64,000 nucleotides of DNA, from the NCBI GenBank assembly GCA_007125955.1, contig SLCF01000008.1, positions 1,913 through 65,912 on the forward strand. The letters run 5' to 3'. The translations under genes were made by a program, and so were the position numbers. This stretch comes from Bacteroidales bacterium. Its GTDB lineage: Bacteria > Bacteroidota > Bacteroidia > Bacteroidales > PUMT01. Shown here in pieces: positions 8,298 to 15,526 of this stretch (position 1 is its first letter; every line of letters starts with the position of its first letter). The notes beneath the pieces were generated by a model. The model had not been told where the DNA came from. It saw nothing but the letters and a program-made list of their open reading frames with translations, and ran no database searches.

Positions 8298-9746
8298 TTA
8301 CATGTGACGCTTGTCTGCATCTTCACATATTTTTTTCAGCTCCTTGTGCATTCCTTCATCAATCGGCTCAGGATTGTAATTCTCAAGAAGGTGATCTGTC
8401 CTTTCCCTTACCCTGTCACCCATTGTTTTGGAGCCGTTCTTTAGCCATGTTTCATAATCGCTGCGGTCCTGCAGCTCCGGCCTGAACCACTCTTTCCAGT
8501 GTTCATATGTGTGATCTGTTGTGACATACTCTCCCCCGGGGCCCTGTTTCTCTATCAACTCCAGTGCAAGGTGTTCGTCATCTGTGTTGATGCCCTTGCC
8601 GAACTGCTTCACCATCCCTATCATCTCCTGGTTGAGTACCAGGCTTTCGAGTGAAGCTGTAGTTCCGTGGTCAATATATCCCACATCATGTATAAGATTT
8701 GCGCCTGAAAGGTAAGAGTAGAAAAGGTTCATCATCTGCTCTGAAGCCGCCTGCTCGTCAAGCACTTTTGCATCGGTGCATCCGCCTGTGCTGAACATAA
8801 GCAGATTGAGCCATTTTGATATATCTGTGTTTGCAGCCGAAGCAAGAGAAAGCTCAGGTGCCCCGTAAGAGTATGTGGACTTCATCATATCGAGCAATGT
8901 AGTCACTCCTCCCATGATGAGGGGTGTACCCGGATTCTTCAGGTGGCACATAACTATAGCCACGAGCGTTTCGGCAAGAGATTGTACAAGCATTCCGGCA
9001 ATGGTTGCGGGTGCCGTAGCTCCTGAACTGGGACAGGGAGTATACATTGCAGGTATCTTCTTTTCTGCTGCAAAAAGAAGTTTTTCAACTGCAGTTGAAT
9101 CATTCTTGAGAGGAGAGATGGGTTCAATATAGGCAACAAAGAGAGGGTTGAGCCTGAACTCATCCTCACCGCCCTGAATTATACAGCCCATTCTCCATAG
9201 ATCTTCAAGCCCCTCACCGTCTACACTTGTCAGAACCATAGGCTTCGTGCACTGCTCAAGCATTGCCATGAACTGGTGACGGTCGTATGTCTGAGGATTA
9301 GGAGCATCTCCCACTATTCCGTGGGACATGTGGAAGTCGTAATGCGACAGTGCATCAACGAGCCTTGCAGCATCACTTACATCCTTGTAGGTAGTACGTC
9401 TCCTCTCTCCTGTTTTCCTGTCAATTGTAAAAGGAAGATCGGATCCTGTGCCGAATGCTACCATATCCTTCTGAAGATGAAGTGACCGCTTCCCGTTTCT
9501 GCCTCTGAGTGAAATTTTCCGGGGGTAAAATTTCAGAGCCTCTTCCACCATCGTGGTCGGTATCCTTACCCTGTTCCCCTCCACAACAGCATTACTGTTT
9601 TTGAACAACTCCAGGGCTCCGTCATGATAAATTACCCCTCCTGTTCGTTCGACAACTTCCAGAGCGGAATAATATATCTCTTCTATCTGGTCGTTTGAAA
9701 GAACCCTGAACCTGGTTGATTTGTTTACTGTTTGATTTATCTTCAT
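8298..9746 (-). CDS. MttB-superfamily corrinoid-dependent methyltransferase, non-pyrrolysine, paralog 1
   Basis: 482 aa uninterrupted ORF. Blocks AYIEPISPL, STYSYGAPELSLASAAN, FSTGGCTDAKVLDEQAA and HDVGY. Confidence 0.85.
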   Translation of the reverse strand: MKINQTVNKSTRFRVLSNDQIEEIYYSALEVVERTGGVIYHDGALELFKNSNAVVEGNRVRIPTTMVEEALKFYPRKISLRGRNGKRSLHLQKDMVAFGTGSDLPFTIDRKTGERRRTTYKDVSDAARLVDALSHYDFHMSHGIVGDAPNPQTYDRHQFMAMLEQCTKPMVLTSVDGEGLEDLWRMGCIIQGGEDEFRLNPLFVAYIEPISPLKNDSTAVEKLLFAAEKKIPAMYTPCPSSGATAPATIAGMLVQSLAETLVAIVMCHLKNPGTPLIMGGVTTLLDMMKSTYSYGAPELSLASAANTDISKWLNLLMFSTGGCTDAKVLDEQAASEQMMNLFYSYLSGANLIHDVGYIDHGTTASLESLVLNQEMIGMVKQFGKGINTDDEHLALELIEKQGPGGEYVTTDHTYEHWKEWFRPELQDRSDYETWLKNGSKTMGDRVRERTDHLLENYNPEPIDEGMHKELKKICEDADKRHM

Positions 9747-9776
9747 TAACCCTTTTTTATTGTATGAAACAAAAAG

Positions 9777-9811
9777 CCTTCACAGCTTCGTTTTTAATGA
9801 AGCTGTGAAGG
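9777..9811 (-). terminator. Intrinsic-terminator-like hairpin inside the cluster, between the corrinoid protein gene and mttB paralog 1
   Basis: Perfect 13-bp inverted repeat CCTTCACAGCTTC / GAAGCTGTGAAGG with a 9-nt loop. On the minus (coding) strand it is followed by CTTTTTGTTT. Confidence 0.45.
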
Positions 9812-9823
9812 GTTTGATAATTT

Positions 9824-10468
9824 TTAAGCCTTGTTCTGAAAATACTCTTTGGTAAGCTCAACAGCCGTTCCGGCGTTTGGAGCGTATATATCTGCCCCTA
9901 CCTCATCTGCAAACTCCTTGGTAACAGGAGCACCGCCAATAATAACAGCCATTTTTTCGCGTATACCAGCTTCTTTAAGTGAATTTATAACCTCACCCAT
10001 TCGGGGCATTGTGGTTGTGAGAAGAGCTGACATTCCCAGAAGGGTCGGTTTGTGTTCTATTGCAGCTTTAACGAAATTCTCATTAGGCTGGTCGATCCCG
10101 ATATTTATAACCTCATAGCCTGCGCCCTCAAACATCATGGCAGCCAGATCTTTCCCGATATCGTGCAGATCTCCTGCAACTGTCCCGATTACCATTTTAC
10201 CGGCATTACCCAGATCCTCCTTTGTAAGCCTCGGTCTGAGTATTTCCATTGCCCCGCTCATAGCTTTGGCGCAACGAAGAACTTCAGGCATATACATTTC
10301 ACCTTCCTTCCATTTCTTGCCGACTGCTTCCATCCCCGGCAGCAGTCCCTGATTCAGTAGTTCTGCGGGATTATTGTCAGCATCAAGGGCTTGCTGAATG
10401 ATCTCTTTTAACTCATCAACATTCCCAATTATTAAAGCTTCAGAAATTTTTCCAAAATCAATTGTCAT
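9824..10468 (-). CDS. Stand-alone corrinoid (cobalamin-binding) methyl-carrier protein (MtgC / MetH Cob-module type)
   Basis: Helical cap plus Rossmann-type B12-binding domain, with DxHxxG (GDLHDIGKD), SxL (SALLTTT) and GG (IIGGAP) motifs. I prefer the ATG at complement 10466-10468 over the TTG at 10474 used in the ORF track. Confidence 0.9.
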   Translation of the reverse strand: MTIDFGKISEALIIGNVDELKEIIQQALDADNNPAELLNQGLLPGMEAVGKKWKEGEMYMPEVLRCAKAMSGAMEILRPRLTKEDLGNAGKMVIGTVAGDLHDIGKDLAAMMFEGAGYEVINIGIDQPNENFVKAAIEHKPTLLGMSALLTTTMPRMGEVINSLKEAGIREKMAVIIGGAPVTKEFADEVGADIYAPNAGTAVELTKEYFQNKA

Positions 10469-10519
10469 GATCAACAGTTTTTTTGATTAATTATTGATAA
10501 TTTATTTTTAAGTTATCAT

Positions 10520-11443
10520 TTACGGTACATGAGGAGTAAAGCTCCCTTTATAACTCTTGTTTATGTCAGTATACTCTTCGGCAAGTGATTTGTAAATTTC
10601 AACCGCCGAACGGCTTTTATTGAGTGTGAAAAAGTGAAGACCCGGAGCATCGTTTTCGAGCAAATCGTTCGACTGTTCCACTGCATAATCGAGGCCGATT
10701 TTGTAAACCTCGTCAGGTCTGTCCAAAACAGCTTCCATCTTTTTGCGCAACCTGTCGGGAATATGCGCCCCGGATATTTCGGCAAATCTTTTGATCTGCC
10801 TGAAATCGGTTATAGGGAGGATCCCAGGTATAACACGGCATTTTATACCTGCTTTTGCAACCTTATCCATAAAACGGTAGTAGTAATCGTTTTTAAAGAA
10901 CATCTGTGTAACCAGAAAGTCAACTCCTGAATCTACCTTTAGCTTGAGGTTTTCAATATCTTTTGCAATTGAGGGCGCTTCAGGGTGCTTTTCGGGATAC
11001 GCTGCAGCACCAATGCAAAAATGACCGTAATTCTCATTAACGAACTTTATGAGATCACTGGCATAGTTCAATCCGTCGGGATTTTCGGGCAGAGGGCCCT
11101 TTGACCCTTCCGGTGGATCACCCCTGAGAAGCATTACATTTTCAATATTCCTGTCTGTAAAGGTGCGCATGTCGTATGCCACCTTTTCCTTTGTTGCATT
11201 TACACATGTATAGTGGGGAACACACGTAAATTTAAGCTTATTGTTGAACAGATCAACAACATCAAGTGTTTGGTCATTGGTTGTTCCTCCTGCCCCGCAT
11301 GTTTCAGTAACAAATGATGGATTCAGCTTCATAAGCTGTCCAGCATTTATGCCGAACTGAACAGCACCTTTTAAATTTTTCGGCGGGAAAAATTCAAAGG
11401 AGAATGTTCTTTTTTCTTTCTCAAATATTTCTGTAATTTTCAT
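10520..11443 (-). CDS. metF: 5,10-methylenetetrahydrofolate reductase
   Basis: Blocks RTFSFEFFPPKN, LLRGDPP and FLVTQMFF are typical of MTHFR. I chose the ATG giving MKITEIF (11443); the longer TTG-initiated ORF would overlap the upstream gene. Confidence 0.85.
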   Translation of the reverse strand: MKITEIFEKEKRTFSFEFFPPKNLKGAVQFGINAGQLMKLNPSFVTETCGAGGTTNDQTLDVVDLFNNKLKFTCVPHYTCVNATKEKVAYDMRTFTDRNIENVMLLRGDPPEGSKGPLPENPDGLNYASDLIKFVNENYGHFCIGAAAYPEKHPEAPSIAKDIENLKLKVDSGVDFLVTQMFFKNDYYYRFMDKVAKAGIKCRVIPGILPITDFRQIKRFAEISGAHIPDRLRKKMEAVLDRPDEVYKIGLDYAVEQSNDLLENDAPGLHFFTLNKSRSAVEIYKSLAEEYTDINKSYKGSFTPHVP

Positions 11444-11459
11444 AAATACGTTTTCTGAA

Positions 11460-13598
11460 TCAATCCTGCTGTTTTTGTTTTTCAACAGTCACATTGTAGT
11501 TTAGTACCGGACCGAGCCATTTTTCTGCTTCTTCAGTGGTTAGTCCCATTCTTTCGGCATAATCCTCTGCCTGGTCTCTCAGCACTTTTCCTATCCCAAA
11601 ATATTTTGCCTTTTTGTATCCAAAGTAAAATCCAGTTGTTGAGCTTGCCGGGTTCATGGCATAGCTTGATGTGAGTGCTATTCCCGTATTCTTTTCCCCT
11701 CCCAGAAGAGAGAAAATATGTTTTTTAAGCAAGTGGTCGGGACAAGACGGGTATCCGGGAGCCGGTCTGATACCTGCAAATTTTCCCTTAAGAAGGTCGT
11801 TTACACCGGTACTCTCATACCTGGAGTAGCCCCAATACTCTCTCCTTACCTTAAGGTGAAGTATCTCCGCAAAAGCTTCGGTAAGCCGGTCGCATACAAA
11901 ACGGAACATAATACTCTCATAATGATCGCCATTTTCAGAATAGCGGTCAACCGGTTTGTCTGCACCCAGTCCTGCAGTGGCCGAATAAGCCCCGATATAA
12001 TCCGGTATTCCTGAGGACAAGGGAGCTATATAATCGCTTAAGGAATACTGCCAGGGATTGTTTTTGTATATTTTTTGCTGCCGCAGCATGGGCAGAACCA
12101 TAAGCGGTTCCCGCCTGCTTTCATCGCTGAATACTATTATATCATCCCCTGCTGAATTTGCAGGAAAGAGCCCTACAACTCCCTTGGCTCTTACAAGTGA
12201 GTTTTCAATTATTTCATCCAGCATATGACCTGCCTCACGGAATATTCTGCGGGCTTCCCTCCCTTTGTCACCGCTTCTCATAATATCGGGATACTTACCT
12301 TTCATTCCCCAGCCGTTGAAGAAAGATGTCCAGTCTATACACCTTGCAATTTCTTCAAGCGGGTATTCATCTAGCACCTTCACCCCCAAAAATTGAGGCT
12401 TAACAGGTTTCTCCGATTCCCAGTCAGGTTTGTATCTTTTCTCTCTTGCTTCGGGGAGGGTGAAGTAGTTTCTCTTTTTGCTCCCTTTACCGGTAAGCAC
12501 AACTTTTTTGTCCGGTTGAAATTCTGCCTTGCTGTCGGGTTTTTCAAAAAGAGGATTGGATATACCAACACCTTTTGAACCGGGAGAAATACCTTCTTTT
12601 TCTCCGGGGGGTGGCTTTCGGGCAGGATACTTCCTTACAACTTCCGAAACAGCTGCAATGTGTTCGGGAGCAAAACCACAGCATCCGCCGACAATATTAA
12701 CAAGACCCATATCACACAATTCTTCCGTCATAGCTGCAACCAGTTCAGGGGTGAACGTGGTTTTGCTCTTTTCACCCGGCAGTTCAGAACACGGATGAAA
12801 GCTTGTGTAAAAAGGAAGATTGTCTGATAGCATTTTTAGATAGGATACTGCTCCTCCTGTTCCAGGAAAGCAGTTAATTCCGACGGAAAAAACAGAATAC
12901 CCGGAAAAAGCGCCGATAAAGTCACTTATAGTTTTTCCGGAAGGTAAAACCCCTTCCCTGTCAACAGTTGCTGATATCATTACAGGAATATCCCTTGAAA
13001 TGACCGCACTGTATTTTTCAATGGCATGAACTGCTGCTTTTGCAATAAGAGGATCTGTTACAGTTTCCACCAGAAAAAGATCAACCCCTCCGTCTGCCAG
13101 AGCTTTGACCTGCTTTTCATATGCAAGGAGATAAGTATTAAAAACTGCTTCATTTCCGGAACTGTTAACTGATGATTTGCCTTCACCTGCGGTTAAATGT
13201 GATGTCGGACCTATAACTCCGGCCACGAACCTGGGTCGGTTGCCGGAATGGTATTGTTTTGCTGTTTCCACAGCCAGGCGGGCTGACTGGTAATTCATCT
13301 CATATACCAGTCCCTGCATATTATAACCGGCCATGGAGATTTCGTTTGCATTAAAGGTGTTAGTCCCTATTATATTGGCTCCGGCATCGAGGTACCGGCA
13401 ATGAATATTCTTTATTATATGAGGCTGGGTTACAGAAAGAAGGTCATTATTCCCTTTTTGCTGATGCGGAAAATCGGCAAACCTGGAACCCCTGAAATCC
13501 GATTCGTTCATGTCCAATTTTTGGATCATGGTGCCCATTGCACCATCCAGTACCAGAATTTTGTTCTTTATATATGTTTTTAACTTCATTTGATGCAT
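11460..13598 (-). CDS. Truncated methionine synthase: homocysteine-binding (S-methyltransferase) domain fused to the MetH SAM-dependent reactivation domain, with no pterin or B12 modules
   Basis: 712 aa. The N-terminal ~330 aa have LVLDGAMGTMIQ and the zinc ligands VGINCF and VGGCCGF. The C-terminal ~330 aa have EEIARCIDWTSFFNGWGMKGKYPDI, GVVGLFPANS, DRLTEAFAEILH and GIRPAPGYPSCPDH, co-linear with the E. coli MetH activation domain as I recall it. Between them is only a ~60-aa low-complexity linker. Confidence 0.85.
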   Translation of the reverse strand: MHQMKLKTYIKNKILVLDGAMGTMIQKLDMNESDFRGSRFADFPHQQKGNNDLLSVTQPHIIKNIHCRYLDAGANIIGTNTFNANEISMAGYNMQGLVYEMNYQSARLAVETAKQYHSGNRPRFVAGVIGPTSHLTAGEGKSSVNSSGNEAVFNTYLLAYEKQVKALADGGVDLFLVETVTDPLIAKAAVHAIEKYSAVISRDIPVMISATVDREGVLPSGKTISDFIGAFSGYSVFSVGINCFPGTGGAVSYLKMLSDNLPFYTSFHPCSELPGEKSKTTFTPELVAAMTEELCDMGLVNIVGGCCGFAPEHIAAVSEVVRKYPARKPPPGEKEGISPGSKGVGISNPLFEKPDSKAEFQPDKKVVLTGKGSKKRNYFTLPEAREKRYKPDWESEKPVKPQFLGVKVLDEYPLEEIARCIDWTSFFNGWGMKGKYPDIMRSGDKGREARRIFREAGHMLDEIIENSLVRAKGVVGLFPANSAGDDIIVFSDESRREPLMVLPMLRQQKIYKNNPWQYSLSDYIAPLSSGIPDYIGAYSATAGLGADKPVDRYSENGDHYESIMFRFVCDRLTEAFAEILHLKVRREYWGYSRYESTGVNDLLKGKFAGIRPAPGYPSCPDHLLKKHIFSLLGGEKNTGIALTSSYAMNPASSTTGFYFGYKKAKYFGIGKVLRDQAEDYAERMGLTTEEAEKWLGPVLNYNVTVEKQKQQD

Positions 13599-13933
13599 AT
13601 CCCTATATTCATTATTCTTCCATCAAAAGCCCGCTTATTGGAACTATCAATGAATATAATCTATCTGCGCCACACAACATTTTATATAAAAACGGAATTT
13701 GCGTTTATTAACTTTACGGCCTGGCAGTTAAGCCAGATGACACCGGGAAGTAAATAATAAAACAAATAAACGCCTTCTTTAATCCGCAAGGTGTCAAAGA
13801 ACTCTTCAAAAGCAATTTGCCTGCCTTTCACCGATACCCGCCACCTCTTTAAGCAAATACAGAAATGACCGGGAAAGTTGTGCAACTTTTTAATTATCAA
13901 TACCTTCAAACACTTTTCTTACTTCAGCAAAAG

Positions 13934-13941
13934 CAAAGGTA
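13934..13941 (-). promoter_or_regulatory. Candidate Bacteroidota -7 promoter element (TAnnTTTG) for the metH-fragment/metF/corrinoid cluster
   Basis: The minus strand reads TACCTTTG. It lies just downstream of the serpin terminator and ~335 nt upstream of the ATG at 13598. Motif match only. Confidence 0.25.
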
Positions 13942-13955
13942 AGAAATAATGGCCA

Positions 13956-13992
13956 TATAAAAAAATGGCCTCTCCTTCAGAGCGGCCATTTT
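13956..13992 (-). terminator. Rho-independent terminator of the serpin gene
   Basis: The minus strand reads AAAATGGCC-13 nt loop-GGCCATTTT followed by additional Ts, ~30 nt after the serpin stop codon. Confidence 0.55.
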
Positions 13993-14019
13993 GTAAAATT
14001 ATATTCTGACAATTCAGGT

Positions 14020-15252
14020 TCAGGGTTCCATAACCCTTCCAAGAAACAGCAGTGTGTTTGTAGTTTTTTCTCTTATTGCAAAAAGGAAAGGCCGGTTAAC
14101 ATGAAAAGCAACCGGTCTGTCCGGATCGTAACTTACCACTCCTACTTCAACCGAAGTTACTGCTGCGGCTTCAGTCCCCTCCTCGTTCACTTCGATAAAA
14201 GACTTGTGCCGCACCCTTGATATATACAGATCGCCCCCCGCGTTTATCCTTGTAAAATCGGCATTTTGCTCATTAAATGCATCTTCCATACCAAGTGCAG
14301 CAAGGATATCCTCAAGCTCTGTATCAAAATCAAATGTAAAGCGGGGCAATCTCAAATTTATATTCCTTTTTCCATTTAGTGATCCTGTTATTTCTTTCCA
14401 TTCCCTGTTGTCCAGCTTGCCGGTCAGCCCCTCTATTCCGGTTTCAGGGTCAGGCAAAAGGATAAGCATACAATAATTCCCATGTCCGTATGGAAGTTCA
14501 ACTACCCTGTAACCATCCCTGACGGTATATGGAAACTCCCCTTCGGTTTCCATTGTCATAACCTCCTTCACTTCCCCGCCCGGAAGATAGAAAGAACGTT
14601 CCTCCGTATTTTCTTCCACAAATTCTTTATGCCATATACCGCTGAAATAGACCGCATTAATAAGAAACATTACATGTTCCGGTTCGATGTTATCAATTAT
14701 CTCCTCAATACGGTTGTTTGTCATTTCTGCCACCCAGTGGTTTATCACATCAATGGTTTCCGGATCTTCAAAGTCGATTGCATTCACAAGTGCATTGAAG
14801 AACTCCATGTTAACTTCCAGAAAATCGTCCTTAACAGTGAAGTCATCACGGTACCATATTGAATTGGCTATCCCGCTTTCCACTTTTTCATCAGCCGAGA
14901 GAAGGTCTTCAATAAGTTTTTTAATTGCACTGTTGATCTTTTCGTCATCATAAGCGGGGTAATTCAGCACCTCCATCATCTCTTCACGGGTGTTGCCGGC
15001 TGCCCCGTTCCAGGCCATAGACAGCGCCATATGAACACTCAGTGGGGAAATAAAAATATTATCCGGGGGATCTTCCGAATCTGCTATTTCAATGAACAGG
15101 TCAAAACCGAAAGCATTTATTCCTTCAACTATCTCAACCTGTTCAGGGGTGAGGGTAATTTTTTTTGGTCCCGGATCACTCCCTTCATCTTTTTCCGAAC
15201 AGGAAAACAGTGGCAGGACAAACAGCAAGATTAAAACCAGGTATTTTTTCAT
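14020..15252 (-). CDS. Serpin-family serine protease inhibitor, lipoprotein
   Basis: Real start is MKKYLVLILLFVLPLFSCSEKD (lipobox LFSC). Serpin blocks FISPLSVHMALSMAWNGAAGNT, hinge/RCL EEGTEAAAVTSVEV and NRPFLFAIRE. The 497-aa track ORF is an artefactual upstream extension across a tRNA. Confidence 0.85.
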   Translation of the reverse strand: MKKYLVLILLFVLPLFSCSEKDEGSDPGPKKITLTPEQVEIVEGINAFGFDLFIEIADSEDPPDNIFISPLSVHMALSMAWNGAAGNTREEMMEVLNYPAYDDEKINSAIKKLIEDLLSADEKVESGIANSIWYRDDFTVKDDFLEVNMEFFNALVNAIDFEDPETIDVINHWVAEMTNNRIEEIIDNIEPEHVMFLINAVYFSGIWHKEFVEENTEERSFYLPGGEVKEVMTMETEGEFPYTVRDGYRVVELPYGHGNYCMLILLPDPETGIEGLTGKLDNREWKEITGSLNGKRNINLRLPRFTFDFDTELEDILAALGMEDAFNEQNADFTRINAGGDLYISRVRHKSFIEVNEEGTEAAAVTSVEVGVVSYDPDRPVAFHVNRPFLFAIREKTTNTLLFLGRVMEP

Positions 15253-15333
15253 GGCAATAAATTTCTGAGATTTACTTTTTAATATAAACGAATTAAAACT
15301 GCTAAAGGTTGTAAACGCTACCGGTTTATTGGC

Positions 15334-15375
15334 ACAAAAAACCCTTATTAGCCAATTCTCAGCCAACAAGGGTTT
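15334..15375 (-). terminator. Terminator-like hairpin immediately downstream of tRNA-Cys
   Basis: The minus strand reads AAACCCTT-21 nt loop-AAGGGTTT followed by TTTT. Confidence 0.45.
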
Positions 15376-15381
15376 CGCGGG

Positions 15382-15452
15382 AGGTCGCGGGCGGAATCGA
15401 ACCGCCGTAGAAGGTTTTGCAGACCTCTGCCTAGCCACTCGGCCACGCGACC
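15382..15452 (-). tRNA. tRNA-Cys (anticodon GCA)
   Basis: Reverse complement is GGTCGCGTGGCCGAGTGGCTAGGCAGAGGTCTGCAAAACCTTCTACGGCGGTTCGATTCCGCCCGCGACCT. Acceptor stem GGTCGCG/CGCGACC, anticodon stem GAGGT/ACCTT with loop CTGCAAA, T-arm GGCGG-TTCGATT-CCGCC, discriminator U as expected for Cys. CCA is not fully encoded. Confidence 0.9.
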
Positions 15453-15526
15453 ATCTTTTAATGATCTTTGCAAATTTAACAAAATTGACTGATTTTAAAA
15501 ATCCATTGATCAATTTAATCCACAGC

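Noticed and set aside
6785-9746. Possible pyrrolysine (in-frame TAG) recoding in the MttB-family genes, including the third copy at 17881-19344
   Set aside because: All three are uninterrupted 482-494 aa ORFs with sense codons throughout, and no pylTSBCD genes are in the window. They are non-Pyl members of the superfamily.
13682-13909. 75-aa minus-strand ORF in the intergenic leader
   Set aside because: It has no recognisable motifs, an odd composition and sits in an AT-rich leader. It is more likely non-coding.
13599-13955. Cobalamin or SAM-I riboswitch in the long leader of the cluster
   Set aside because: A few short resemblances exist (CCGGTG..CTGG..GCCGTAA on the minus strand, GCCTGCC on the plus strand). 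However, there is no B12 box in the correct orientation or order, no GGGAA/GCCACTG core and no SAM-I P1 or GAGGGA/GGCCC core. It is kept only as an unexplained long leader pending cmscan.
15382-15452. tRNA-Cys as an integration site for a genomic island (the serpin and the corrinoid cluster lie nearby)
   Set aside because: There is no integrase, no transposase and no direct repeat of the tRNA 3' end anywhere in the flanks that I could see. The flanking genes (folB, glnS) are core housekeeping.
15253-15513. N-terminal 87-aa extension of the serpin ORF (the 497-aa version in the ORF track)
   Set aside because: The extension runs straight through tRNA-Cys and its terminator. A proper lipoprotein signal peptide (MKKYLVLILLFVLPLFSC) begins at the internal ATG at 15252.
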